From an uncultured Bacteroidales bacterium (GTDB lineage: Bacteria > Bacteroidota > Bacteroidia > Bacteroidales > JALTDM01), in the NCBI GenBank assembly GCA_964606715.1, contig CAZSHT010000001.1:1-40630 (forward strand): a stretch of 40,630 nucleotides of DNA. The letters are read 5' to 3'. The first letter of the stretch is position 1, and the number at the start of each line of letters is the position of its first letter. The notes under the pieces were generated by a model. The model was not told the origin of the DNA, did no database searches, and was given only the letters and a program-made list of their open reading frames with translations. Positions 25,189-34,087 of the stretch are shown piece after piece. The translations under genes and the position numbers were made by a program.

Positions 25189-26514
25189 TCATACCAATTT
25201 CCCCAATAATGTTGCCGAGGTATAGTCGGTAACTACTACTTCCGCAATATCGTAGAGGTGAGCATTTTCTTTTGGAAATACAACGATTTTGTTTTGGGAA
25301 GTACGACCGAAAAAATAAGCATCCGATTTTTTTGAAATGCCCTCTATCAACACTTTGAATGATTTTCCTACATCACATTTGTTACTTTCGAGCGAAAGTT
25401 GTTTTTGCAATTCAATGATTTCATTCAGTCGCCTCGACTTAACATTATCGGGCACATTGTCTTTCAGGTGTTTGGCGGCAAAAGTGCCGGGGCGTTCGGA
25501 ATATTTAAACATAAAAGCGTAATCATATCGCACTTGCCTCATCAGGTCTAAAGTATCTTGATGATCGGTTTCGGTTTCATCACAAAAACCGCTTATAATA
25601 TCGGTCGAGATGGCACAGTCGGGCAAGTGTTTGCGAATCATGGCAATGCGGTCGAGATACCACTCGCGAGTGTATCCGCGTTTCATCAAATCCAATATCT
25701 TGTTGCTTCCCGATTGCACAGGCAGGTGGATGTAGCGACAAATATTTTTGTGTTTTTTCATCACCAATACCACTTCTTCGGTAAAATCTTGCGGGTAAGA
25801 GGTGGAAAAGCGAATACGCAGGTGTGGAAATTTTTCCGCTACCATATCCAACAATTGCGGAAATCCGGTAATTGTGCCATTGTTCTCAAAACGGTATTTA
25901 TCGACATTCTGACCAATGAGAGTTACTTCTTTAAAATTATCATTGGCAACGGTTTCTATTTCGTTGAGAATATCTTTCGGATTGCGACTGCGTTCCCGTC
26001 CTCTGGTAAACGGCACGATACAATATGCACACATATTGTCGCATCCTCTGGTAATGGAAATAAATGCCGAAAACCGATTGCTGTTGTAACGCGTGGGGAT
26101 AATGCCTTCGTAAGTTTCTTCTTTGCGAAGCAATGTGTCAATTTCGCGTTGTCGTGTCTCGACCGTATTCAGAATATCGGGCAAATTGCGATATGCATCG
26201 GGTCCTGCAATAAAATCGATAAACGGTTTTTTTTCAAACAACGAATCTTTGAGGCGTTCGGCCATACAACCGGTAATGCCTATTTTTATTTGTTTGTTTT
26301 TTTTCTTATACGAATTGAACAAATCCAAACGCCCCAACACGCGTTGTTCGGCATGGTCACGAATGGCACAAGTATTTATCAGCAACAAATCAGCATCATC
26401 TATTTGATTGGAAAGCACATAGCCGTTTTCTGTCAAAATCGTTGCCATTACCTCACTGTCGGCAACATTCATTTGACAACCGTAGGTTTCGATATAAACT
26501 TTCTTCTTCGGCAT
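25189..26514 (-). CDS. miaB: tRNA-2-methylthio-N6-dimethylallyladenosine synthase (radical SAM methylthiotransferase)
   Basis: 441 aa. N-terminal UPF0004 cluster cysteines (YIETYGCQMN, INTCAIR, GCMA), the radical-SAM motif CDNMCAYCIVP, and a C-terminal TRAM domain. Confidence 0.92.
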   Translation of the reverse strand: MPKKKVYIETYGCQMNVADSEVMATILTENGYVLSNQIDDADLLLINTCAIRDHAEQRVLGRLDLFNSYKKKNKQIKIGITGCMAERLKDSLFEKKPFIDFIAGPDAYRNLPDILNTVETRQREIDTLLRKEETYEGIIPTRYNSNRFSAFISITRGCDNMCAYCIVPFTRGRERSRNPKDILNEIETVANDNFKEVTLIGQNVDKYRFENNGTITGFPQLLDMVAEKFPHLRIRFSTSYPQDFTEEVVLVMKKHKNICRYIHLPVQSGSNKILDLMKRGYTREWYLDRIAMIRKHLPDCAISTDIISGFCDETETDHQDTLDLMRQVRYDYAFMFKYSERPGTFAAKHLKDNVPDNVKSRRLNEIIELQKQLSLESNKCDVGKSFKVLIEGISKKSDAYFFGRTSQNKIVVFPKENAHLYDIAEVVVTDYTSATLLGKLV

Positions 26515-26517
26515 AGA

Positions 26518-27567
26518 CTAAGATTGTGCTGTTGATTTTTCCAAGCTATTCTTTTTCAATTCTTCATTCATCTTTCGATTGCGATAAATATCAATTGCCA
26601 AGAAAAGAGCCGCATGAAACGATTCCGGTGAAGCCAAATTTTTACCTACAATATCGTAACCTGTTCCGTGGTCGGGCGAAGTTCTCACAATGGGCAATCC
26701 TGCCGTAAAATTCACCCCTTGTCCGAAAGTCAATGCTTTGAACGGAATGAGACCTTGATCATGATACATTGCCAAAATACCATCGAATTTACGGTAATGC
26801 CCCGAGCCAAAAAATCCGTCTGCCACATAAGGACCAAATGCCAAGATACCATTTTCGTAGGCTTCTTTTATAGCCGGCATAATAATGCTGTTTTCTTCGT
26901 TTCCTATCACACCGTGGTCACCCGCATGAGGATTCAAACCAAGCACAGCTATGCGAGGTTTTCGAATGGAGAAATCATTTTTCAGACTTTCGTTCATCAA
27001 GTTTAATTTCTTCAATATCAATTCTTCGGAAATCGTGGTTGCCACCTCGCTAATGGGAATGTGTTCGGTTACCAAACCTACACGAATATCTTTGCCTACC
27101 ATAAACATCAACACATCATCGACTTTGAAATGCTCTTGTAGAAAATCGGTATGTCCCGTAAACGGAAACTCTTCGGAATGCACGGCATGTTTGTTGATAG
27201 GTGCCGTTACCAAAACATCTATTTTTTCTTGCTGAATATCATCTAAAGCCATTTTTAATGCTTTGACGGCAGCTTGCCCCGATTGAGCCGTAGGAATACC
27301 CAATTCAATAGAAATTTCTTCGGTAAAACAATTCACCAAATTCGGCCGTTTGTGATTCAATTTATCGGCCGATAAAATCTGATTGAAACTGAAATTCTGA
27401 ATGCCAAGTATTTTTCTGTGATAAGCAGAAGCACGAGCAGAGCCATATATAACCGGCGTCATTAAATCCATAATGGCACTATCCATAAATGTTTTTATCA
27501 GTATTTCATAGCTGATGCCATTAATATCGCCATGAGGTATGCCAATGCGTATTTTTTGTTTGTTCAT
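26518..27567 (-). CDS. pdxA: 4-hydroxythreonine-4-phosphate dehydrogenase
   Basis: 349 aa with PdxA signatures GDINGISYEI, GLNPHAGDHGVIG and VRTSPDHGTGYDI. Confidence 0.9.
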   Translation of the reverse strand: MNKQKIRIGIPHGDINGISYEILIKTFMDSAIMDLMTPVIYGSARASAYHRKILGIQNFSFNQILSADKLNHKRPNLVNCFTEEISIELGIPTAQSGQAAVKALKMALDDIQQEKIDVLVTAPINKHAVHSEEFPFTGHTDFLQEHFKVDDVLMFMVGKDIRVGLVTEHIPISEVATTISEELILKKLNLMNESLKNDFSIRKPRIAVLGLNPHAGDHGVIGNEENSIIMPAIKEAYENGILAFGPYVADGFFGSGHYRKFDGILAMYHDQGLIPFKALTFGQGVNFTAGLPIVRTSPDHGTGYDIVGKNLASPESFHAALFLAIDIYRNRKMNEELKKNSLEKSTAQS

Positions 27568-27578
27568 GATTTTATTCT

Positions 27579-29021
27579 TTAAAATGATTTAAGAAAATAA
27601 TACAACAACCGAACTCCCACTCCTGTTCCGCCTTTAAGCATATAAGCTTCATTGGTCGTGATATACGCTGTTCCGGCAATATCGAGATGAATATACGGAT
27701 ATTCGGTGAATTTTTCCAAAAACTTACCGGCAGTGATGGCTCCGCCAATGCGTCCGCCAATATTTTTCATGTCGGCAATATCCGATTTCAACAAATCGGC
27801 ATAATCGTCCCAAAACGGAAATTCCACCAATCGTTCATGAATTTCATTTCCTATCTTTTGTAATTGAGAGAACTCTCCATTTTTTGTATTGTGCATCCCG
27901 ACTGTTGCATAGTGTCCAATCGCTGCATGAGCCGCTCCCGTAAGAGTTGCCATATCAATTACCAACTGAGGTTTGTAATGATTAGCATAGCTGAGAGCAT
28001 CGGCCAAAATCATACGCCCTTCGGCATCGGTATTCAACACTTCTACGGTCATTCCGTTGTGCATGGTGATAACATCTTGCGGAGCATAGGCCGTTTCGCC
28101 CGGACGGTTATCGGTAGCCGGTGCCAATCCAATCACCCAAACCGGTAATTTATTGGCTGCTACAGCATACATAATACCGCCTACGGTAGCTGCCCCCGCC
28201 ATATCAGACTTCATCTCATCCATACTGCCGGCGGTAGGTTTTAGGCTCAAACCACCGGTATCAAAGACAACACCTTTGCCAACCAATACAACGGGTTTTG
28301 TGTTTTTTGCATTCTGTGGTTTCCATTCCATAATGGTAAACGATGGCGGATCTTGGCTCCCTCTGTTGACCGCCAACAAACCGCCCATTTTCAACGACTC
28401 TATTTTTTTCTTTCCAAAAACTTCAACGGAAAAACCGCTTTCGGCTCCCATTTTCTTAAACTCTTCGGCCAATTGTGTTGCCGTAAGGAATGACACCGGC
28501 TCATTGACCAAATCACGCGTTTTATAAATGGCTTGTATCAAAACACGCACTTCGTTGAGCTGTGTCTCCGAAAAATTCTTATCGGTTATCCATAAATTTT
28601 TCAAATTTGCTTGTTTGTCTTCTTCGTCTTGTGTAAAATATTTGTTGAATCTGTAATTAGTCAATGCTACACCTTCGACAAAACTTACCGAAAAATCACT
28701 ATTGGCAACCAGATTGACAAATTGTGCCGAATCAAGTTTTTTGGCATTGAGCGTATTGGCAACTTGACTGCCTGTTTTTCGAATCGTTTCATTAATCGTT
28801 GCCCGTTCTTTGTCTGTATCAACAATGCAAACACCTTTGTATTGGTTGAATGATTCAACGGAAAGCAGTTTGCCGGATTTAAAATTTTCTTTCAGATACA
28901 AAAATTCCTCTTCGGAAAAATAGGATTTTACATCGTCGAGAGTTGTCGCCAAATAAATTATATTTTGGGAAACTATATCGGAAGAGAGTTTAATGGATAA
29001 CATAAGTGAAATATTTTTCAC
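27579..29021 (-). CDS. pepA: leucyl aminopeptidase (M17 family)
   Basis: 480 aa with M17 signatures VGKGVVFDTGGLSLK, NTDAEGRMILADAL and HLDIAGTA. The track start at 29021 is a GTG lying inside a TAnnTTTG box, so the ATG at 29003 (MLSIKLSSD...) is the more likely start. Confidence 0.92.
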   Translation of the reverse strand: MKNISLMLSIKLSSDIVSQNIIYLATTLDDVKSYFSEEEFLYLKENFKSGKLLSVESFNQYKGVCIVDTDKERATINETIRKTGSQVANTLNAKKLDSAQFVNLVANSDFSVSFVEGVALTNYRFNKYFTQDEEDKQANLKNLWITDKNFSETQLNEVRVLIQAIYKTRDLVNEPVSFLTATQLAEEFKKMGAESGFSVEVFGKKKIESLKMGGLLAVNRGSQDPPSFTIMEWKPQNAKNTKPVVLVGKGVVFDTGGLSLKPTAGSMDEMKSDMAGAATVGGIMYAVAANKLPVWVIGLAPATDNRPGETAYAPQDVITMHNGMTVEVLNTDAEGRMILADALSYANHYKPQLVIDMATLTGAAHAAIGHYATVGMHNTKNGEFSQLQKIGNEIHERLVEFPFWDDYADLLKSDIADMKNIGGRIGGAITAGKFLEKFTEYPYIHLDIAGTAYITTNEAYMLKGGTGVGVRLLYYFLKSF

Positions 29022-29028
29022 AAAAATA
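29021..29028 (-). promoter_or_regulatory. -7 box TATTTTTG for pepA
   Basis: The plus strand reads caaaaata, whose reverse complement TATTTTTG is an exact TAnnTTTG match. It lies 18 nt upstream of the ATG at 29003. Confidence 0.45.
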
Positions 29029-29069
29029 TAGAATAAATTGCAAGGAATGGTGTGTTTCGTAAGATTTAA

Positions 29070-29555
29070 TTAGAAGAGCTTAGCGGAAGAATTTTCATAC
29101 TCTTCGTCGATAAGAAGTTGCGATAGCGGTTGTTCGGCTGCCGTTACCGCCAGTTTATCACAGCGTTCGTTGTAAGGATTGTTATTGTGTCCTTTCACCC
29201 AATGAAACGCCACGGTATGTTGGCGATAGATACGCAAAAAGCGTTTCCACAAATCCACATTTTTTTTCTTCTTAAAACCTGTCTTTTCCCAATTAAAAAC
29301 CCAGCGTTGGTTGACGGCTTCCGACACATATTTTGAATCGGTATAAACTTCTACGGTTGCATTTTTGAGTTTTATTTTCTCCAAAGCCACAATCACTGCC
29401 AAAAGCTCCATGCGGTTGTTGGTTGTAAGGCGGTAGCCGGCAGAAAATTCTTTTTCGAAAGTCCCTTGTCGCATCACAATGCCATATCCTCCCGGTCCGG
29501 GGTTTCCTTTGGCGGAGCCATCGGTATAAACGATGATAGGCTCAGGACTATTCAT
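29070..29555 (-). CDS. rnhA: ribonuclease HI
   Basis: 161 aa with RNase H motifs VYTDGSAKGNPGPGGYG, TNNRMEL, VYTDSKYV, WVKGH and NERCDKLA. Its ATG overlaps the stop of the upstream gene by 8 nt. Confidence 0.93.
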   Translation of the reverse strand: MNSPEPIIVYTDGSAKGNPGPGGYGIVMRQGTFEKEFSAGYRLTTNNRMELLAVIVALEKIKLKNATVEVYTDSKYVSEAVNQRWVFNWEKTGFKKKKNVDLWKRFLRIYRQHTVAFHWVKGHNNNPYNERCDKLAVTAAEQPLSQLLIDEEYENSSAKLF

Positions 29556-30777
29556 ATATCGTTGCTGTTTTATTTTCTTTCCAAATAATCAACTCTTGAT
29601 TGGTATGCAGTTGGTCTGAGTCGAGCCGGTTCCATTGTCGCAACTCATCAATGGAAACGCCGTATTTTATGGCTACCTTGTGTAAATAATCTCCTTTGTT
29701 GACACGATAAATAACTTTCGTTTTTGTTGTAATTTCTTGGGGTGACAGATGCGGTGTTTGTCGCAACGCCACGAATTTCGAAATCACTGTAACAGGCAAG
29801 ACAAGGGGTTTTGGCGACGATGTTCGAGGTTTATAACCATAGCGATATGCCGGATTGAAAAAATGCAAAACCGTATATGGAACATGTAATTCCCGTGCCA
29901 GTTTCGACAGACGAATCGGTTGACTGACCATCAGTGTATCGACATCATAATAATGAAAAGAAAAAGCTTTTTTCTTAATCTGATGTGCCGAGGCATAATT
30001 CATCACATAATTCATTGCAATAAAGATAGGCACATAACTCTGTGTTTCTCGTGGCAAAAACGAACGGATAGTCCAAAAATCGTATCTTCCTCCGGCTTTT
30101 ATAATTGCCCGCTGAACGGTTCCGGGACCTGCATTGTAGGCAGCCAAGGCCAAGAGCCAATCGTTATTGAACAGGTGATGCAGATACGATAAATATTTAC
30201 ATGCTGCTTGCGTCGATTTGATAGGATCGCGTCGTTCATCGATATAAGAAGTTATTTTTAAATCCAGCAAACGGCCGGTGTTGAGCATAAACTGCCACAA
30301 CCCTGTCGCCCCTGAGGGTGAAACAGCATTTGGATTTAATGCCGATTCTACGGCAGGTAGATATTTTAATTCCAACGGAAGTCCGGCTTTGTCGAGTTCC
30401 GCCTCAAACAAAGGGAAATAAAAATCGGCCAAACCGAGTAATTTCCCTACTAATTTCGGATGTCGCAACAGATAGAAATCAATATAGCGTTTTACCAGTT
30501 TGTTATATGGAAGTGTAATAGGTGTTTGTTTGTCGAGTGTTGCCATACGGTATTCGAATACCATATCGGGTGTTTCCTGATATGAGATACACGATGGCTG
30601 ATAATCAACGGCTTGTGTGCGTAATTGATTCAGACTGTCAAGCAGATTGATAAGATAAGTATAATTGCTTTCGACACCGACACTATCCTCTGCTCCATCG
30701 TGCCGGTGAATTGCAGAACCGGAAAAACTGAAAGATAATAAAATTAAAAATAAATAGTTTTTTTTCATCATCGCCAA
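29548..30777 (-). CDS. membrane-bound lytic murein transglycosylase (MltD-like) with a C-terminal LysM domain
   Basis: 409 aa. SLT-domain motifs ESALNPNAVSPSGATGLWQFM and AAYNAGPGTVQRA. LysM segment YRVNKGDYLHKVAIKYGVSIDELRQWN. The track start at 30777 is a TTG inside a -7 box, so the ATG ATG at 30771/30768 (MMKKNYLFLILLSFSFSGSA, a signal peptide) is more likely. Confidence 0.88.
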   Translation of the reverse strand: MAMMKKNYLFLILLSFSFSGSAIHRHDGAEDSVGVESNYTYLINLLDSLNQLRTQAVDYQPSCISYQETPDMVFEYRMATLDKQTPITLPYNKLVKRYIDFYLLRHPKLVGKLLGLADFYFPLFEAELDKAGLPLELKYLPAVESALNPNAVSPSGATGLWQFMLNTGRLLDLKITSYIDERRDPIKSTQAACKYLSYLHHLFNNDWLLALAAYNAGPGTVQRAIIKAGGRYDFWTIRSFLPRETQSYVPIFIAMNYVMNYASAHQIKKKAFSFHYYDVDTLMVSQPIRLSKLARELHVPYTVLHFFNPAYRYGYKPRTSSPKPLVLPVTVISKFVALRQTPHLSPQEITTKTKVIYRVNKGDYLHKVAIKYGVSIDELRQWNRLDSDQLHTNQELIIWKENKTATIYE

Positions 30778-30782
30778 AGATA
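30775..30782 (-). promoter_or_regulatory. -7 box TATCTTTG immediately upstream of the MltD-like gene
   Basis: The plus strand reads caaagata, whose reverse complement TATCTTTG is an exact TAnnTTTG match. Its 3' G is only 4 nt from the first ATG (30771). Confidence 0.4.
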
Positions 30783-30832
30783 ATTGTTTTACATATCGGT
30801 CTTTTTTTTAAGCCAATAAATTACTAACAAAA

Positions 30833-31723
30833 TCATTGTAGTGTTGTTGAAGAGATGTGTATATTGTTTTTTCCTACATGTTTTTCGGCATGATAGGACG
30901 AACGCACCAACGAACCACTTTCGACAAATGTAAATCCTTTTTCAATAGCAATATCCCTGTATTTTTCAAACTCTTCTTCCGGCACATAGCGTGCTACCGG
31001 AATGTTTTTCGGTGCCGGTTGCAAATATTGTCCGATAGTGATGATGCGACAATCTATTGCCAACAAATCATCCATTGTTTGAAGAATCTCGGTTTCGGTT
31101 TCGCCCAAGCCAAGCATAATACCTGATTTCGACACCATTCCTTTCGAATGGATATATTCCAACACTTTCAGGCTACGGTCGTATTGAGCACGAGAACGAA
31201 TTTGAGGTGTCAGCCGGCGTGTTGTTTCCAGATTATGCGATATAATGTCCGGTTTTGCATCAATGACAGTGTCGAGATGTGTGGTGTTAAAATTAAAATC
31301 GGGAATCAGCACTTCTATCGTTGTTTTCGGATTATAATGTTTTATTTGACGAATGGTCTCTGCCCATATTCCTGCACCGCCATCGGGCAAATCATCGCGA
31401 TCTACCGAAGTGATAACACAATGGCTCAGTTGCATCAATTGAATTGATTTTGCCACTTTCTCCGGTTCATTTTTATCCGGCGGTAATGGTTTTCCCGTAG
31501 GCACCGAGCAAAATTTGCAGGCTCGTGTGCAGATATCCCCCAAAATCATCAGTGTAGCAGTGCCGGAGCCCCAACATTCGGGTAAATTGGGACAATTACC
31601 GCTTTCGCAAATCGTGTGTAAATGATGTTGATGAACGATTTTTTTGATATTCAGATAATGTTGCCCTATTCGAAGTTTAACCTTTGGCTTATGGGGTGAA
31701 ATGTGAGATTTTTTTTTGTTCAT
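30833..31723 (-). CDS. lipA: lipoyl synthase (radical SAM)
   Basis: 296 aa. The auxiliary cluster motif CESGNCPNLPEC, the radical-SAM motif CTRACKFCSV, and the C-terminal SGSLVRSSYHA. Confidence 0.95.
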   Translation of the reverse strand: MNKKKSHISPHKPKVKLRIGQHYLNIKKIVHQHHLHTICESGNCPNLPECWGSGTATLMILGDICTRACKFCSVPTGKPLPPDKNEPEKVAKSIQLMQLSHCVITSVDRDDLPDGGAGIWAETIRQIKHYNPKTTIEVLIPDFNFNTTHLDTVIDAKPDIISHNLETTRRLTPQIRSRAQYDRSLKVLEYIHSKGMVSKSGIMLGLGETETEILQTMDDLLAIDCRIITIGQYLQPAPKNIPVARYVPEEEFEKYRDIAIEKGFTFVESGSLVRSSYHAEKHVGKNNIHISSTTLQ

Positions 31724-31732
31724 TTCAAAAAA

Positions 31733-32503
31733 TTAATATTGTGCGTTAAGCATTGTTTTTGTGATACGACCAAAACGGTATCCTACAAAAACAGAAACAA
31801 AAAAGAATGAGTTTTCGGCATTTGCCATGATTGTCATTGTCTGCGGAAATACTTCCACTTGTCCGCCACATTCCAATGCCGTTAGTTTTTCTTCTTCATC
31901 ACTAAATTCAAAGTCGAACCCAAAGCGAATAAATCCGCCCGGAGTAACGGTTGTTTCATTTAATCCCGTAAAAAATGATGCCCGACTGTAAATATCAGAA
32001 GGTCCGTGAATGGTATAATCAAATTTTTCGGTAATCACCAAATATTGATACGGCGTAGATGTAGGATACAAAATCTCGTAATAAACCGGTTTCAGAAATC
32101 CGAAGACAGGTCCTATTTGATAAGAATAGCTTACAGCGACACCTTTGTCGGTTTTGTTGTAAATGATTTTGTGTTTTCCGTAGCCCAGTTTCAAAGTATA
32201 AAGCGAATTGACTTTGCCGAAGACAAATTTGCGTTTGGAATCAAAATAAGGATTGCTGATTTTATATTCTTTGGGGTGTCGTATCCAACTAAAACTTGCA
32301 CTCCACAAGCGACGGCGTGTTCCATCGAGGCGTTTTCCGTAATGGGTATTGAACTCCACACCGTTAGAATTGAGGTGTATGGCATAGGACAACTCATTGT
32401 TGTTGAAATGCTTTCTGTCGGAAATCTCACCTTGTCCGAGAATTGTTAATGAATAATTAACAAAGAAGATGAAAAGGAATCCTATTTTTGCACTTGTGTT
32501 CAA
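31733..32503 (-). CDS. hypothetical secreted protein, possibly an outer-membrane beta-barrel
   Basis: 256 aa. TTG start with no nearby in-frame ATG. N-terminal hydrophobic signal-like segment IGFLFIFFVNYSLTILGQG. Strand-like alternating patterns through the body. It ends in an aromatic residue (...MLNAQY). It lies 9 nt upstream of lipA. I do not recognise a family. Confidence 0.5.
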   Translation of the reverse strand: MNTSAKIGFLFIFFVNYSLTILGQGEISDRKHFNNNELSYAIHLNSNGVEFNTHYGKRLDGTRRRLWSASFSWIRHPKEYKISNPYFDSKRKFVFGKVNSLYTLKLGYGKHKIIYNKTDKGVAVSYSYQIGPVFGFLKPVYYEILYPTSTPYQYLVITEKFDYTIHGPSDIYSRASFFTGLNETTVTPGGFIRFGFDFEFSDEEEKLTALECGGQVEVFPQTMTIMANAENSFFFVSVFVGYRFGRITKTMLNAQY

Positions 32504-32523
32504 TACTTTGAATTTTTAAATGC

Positions 32524-32531
32524 CAAACTTA
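32524..32531 (-). promoter_or_regulatory. -7 box TAAGTTTG for the hypothetical-lipA transcription unit
   Basis: The plus strand reads caaactta, whose reverse complement TAAGTTTG is an exact TAnnTTTG match. It lies 21 nt upstream of the TTG start at 32503, which supports that start. Confidence 0.45.
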
Positions 32532-32585
32532 CGAGTTTTTTCTTAATTTTATATTTTTAAAAAACAGTCTTTAAGACATATACCC

Positions 32586-34004
32586 ATGAGAAAGAAAACA
32601 AAAATCGTCGCGACCATCTCCGATAACCATTGTGATCCGAAATTTATTCAAGAGTTATTTGACAACGGAATGAATGTCGTGCGTATCAATACAGCCCACG
32701 CTACTATTGAAGGAGCCACTAAAATTATTGAATCGGTACGAAAAGTTTCCGACCGAATAGCTATCTTGATAGACACCAAAGGTCCCGAAATTCGCCTCAC
32801 CGATTTGGACAAAGATTTTATGGTACACTATGGCGATATAGTGCATTTTGCATCGGGGGCACAAAAACAATCGTCGCGAGATTGTCTGTATGTATCGTAT
32901 TCAAAATTTGTAGAAGAAATGCCTGTCGGTACCAGCATCTTAGTCGATGACGGTATGTTGGAATTTGTCGTTGAAGCCAAAGAAGGTAATAAATTGAGAT
33001 GCAAAGCCATGAATGAAGGTTTGGTGCAAGGCAAAAAAAGTATCAATATCCCGTCTACTCATCTAAAATTGCCGTCTATCACGCAACGCGACATCCAGTT
33101 TATCAATTTTTCTGTTGACCAAAATATTGACTTTATTGCCCATTCTTTTGTGCGACGCAAAGAAGATGTAATCGCCGTAAAAAGTATCCTTGATTCACGA
33201 GAAAGTGATATTGCCATTATCTCAAAGATAGAAAACAAGGAAGGTGTCGATAATATTGATGAAATCTTTGACGAGTCCTATGGTGTGATGGTAGCACGCG
33301 GTGATTTGGGCATTGAAATCCCAATGGAACAATTACCGGTAGTTCAAAAAATGATTATCCGAAAAGGTATTGAAAAACGCAAACCGGTGATTGTTGCAAC
33401 TCAAATGTTGCATTCGATGATTCGCAATCCGCGACCTACACGAGCAGAGGTAAGCGACATTGCCAATGCTATTTATGATGGTACCGACGCTGTGATGCTG
33501 AGTGGTGAGACGGCATCGGGAAAATATCCGCTGGAATCGGTTAAAGTGATGACGCGTATAGCCAAAGAGATAGAAGCCAATTATAATGCTTTTCAGCGTG
33601 ATTTGGAACCGTATATTTTGAGTAATCCCGTATCGGCACAACTGATTCGTTCGGCCGTAAAAATATCGGAATCGTTAGATGTAAAAGCTATTGTTGCAGA
33701 CACTTTCTCGGGTAAAGCCATTCGTGGATTATCGGCCTACCGCGGACGCAACACGATTTATGCCCAATGCTATGACAAAAAGGTAATGCGACAGTTAGTA
33801 TTGTCTTACGGTGTGCATGTTGATTATCTACCGCTCGAAAAGGGGAACAACAGCCAATTTATAAAAGAAGCATTAAACCAATTGGAACATAAAAAAATAT
33901 TTAATCCCCAAAACTTAATATTGGTAATTGCCGGTAATTACGGCAGAGAACATGGTTCATCTTACATTGAAGTCGCTACGGTAGAAAATCTTTTGAAAAA
34001 ATAA
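32586..34004 (+). CDS. pyk: pyruvate kinase
   Basis: 472 aa with the motifs KTKIVATI, MNVVRINTAH, DTKGPEIR, VMVARGDLGIEIP, VIVATQMLHSM and DAVMLSGETASGKYP. Confidence 0.95.
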   Translation: MRKKTKIVATISDNHCDPKFIQELFDNGMNVVRINTAHATIEGATKIIESVRKVSDRIAILIDTKGPEIRLTDLDKDFMVHYGDIVHFASGAQKQSSRDCLYVSYSKFVEEMPVGTSILVDDGMLEFVVEAKEGNKLRCKAMNEGLVQGKKSINIPSTHLKLPSITQRDIQFINFSVDQNIDFIAHSFVRRKEDVIAVKSILDSRESDIAIISKIENKEGVDNIDEIFDESYGVMVARGDLGIEIPMEQLPVVQKMIIRKGIEKRKPVIVATQMLHSMIRNPRPTRAEVSDIANAIYDGTDAVMLSGETASGKYPLESVKVMTRIAKEIEANYNAFQRDLEPYILSNPVSAQLIRSAVKISESLDVKAIVADTFSGKAIRGLSAYRGRNTIYAQCYDKKVMRQLVLSYGVHVDYLPLEKGNNSQFIKEALNQLEHKKIFNPQNLILVIAGNYGREHGSSYIEVATVENLLKK

Positions 34005-34054
34005 AACCCGGTTCAATTTTTCGCAATCGTTGGGTTGGTCTGCCAATTTATTGA

Positions 34055-34062
34055 TATTTTTG
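34055..34062 (+). promoter_or_regulatory. -7 box TATTTTTG for the Mur-ligase gene
   Basis: Exact TAnnTTTG match, 26 nt upstream of the GTG start. A TTG at 34035-34037 could serve as the -33 element. Confidence 0.4.
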
Positions 34063-34087
34063 TTTTATTACCAAAACAACCTATAGC

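Noticed and set aside
25558-26535. A 325-aa stop-free ORF on the plus strand, exactly antisense to miaB.
   Set aside because: Its translation is low-complexity and rich in F/I/N/G, with no recognisable motif. It has no promoter box or independent boundaries. miaB on the other strand is unambiguous. Long antisense open frames are a known by-product of codon bias, so this is not a gene without expression or conservation evidence.
32006-32449. A 147-aa plus-strand ORF opposite the hypothetical gene upstream of lipA.
   Set aside because: The minus-strand ORF has a promoter box, a signal-like N-terminus and operon context with lipA. The plus-strand ORF has none of these.
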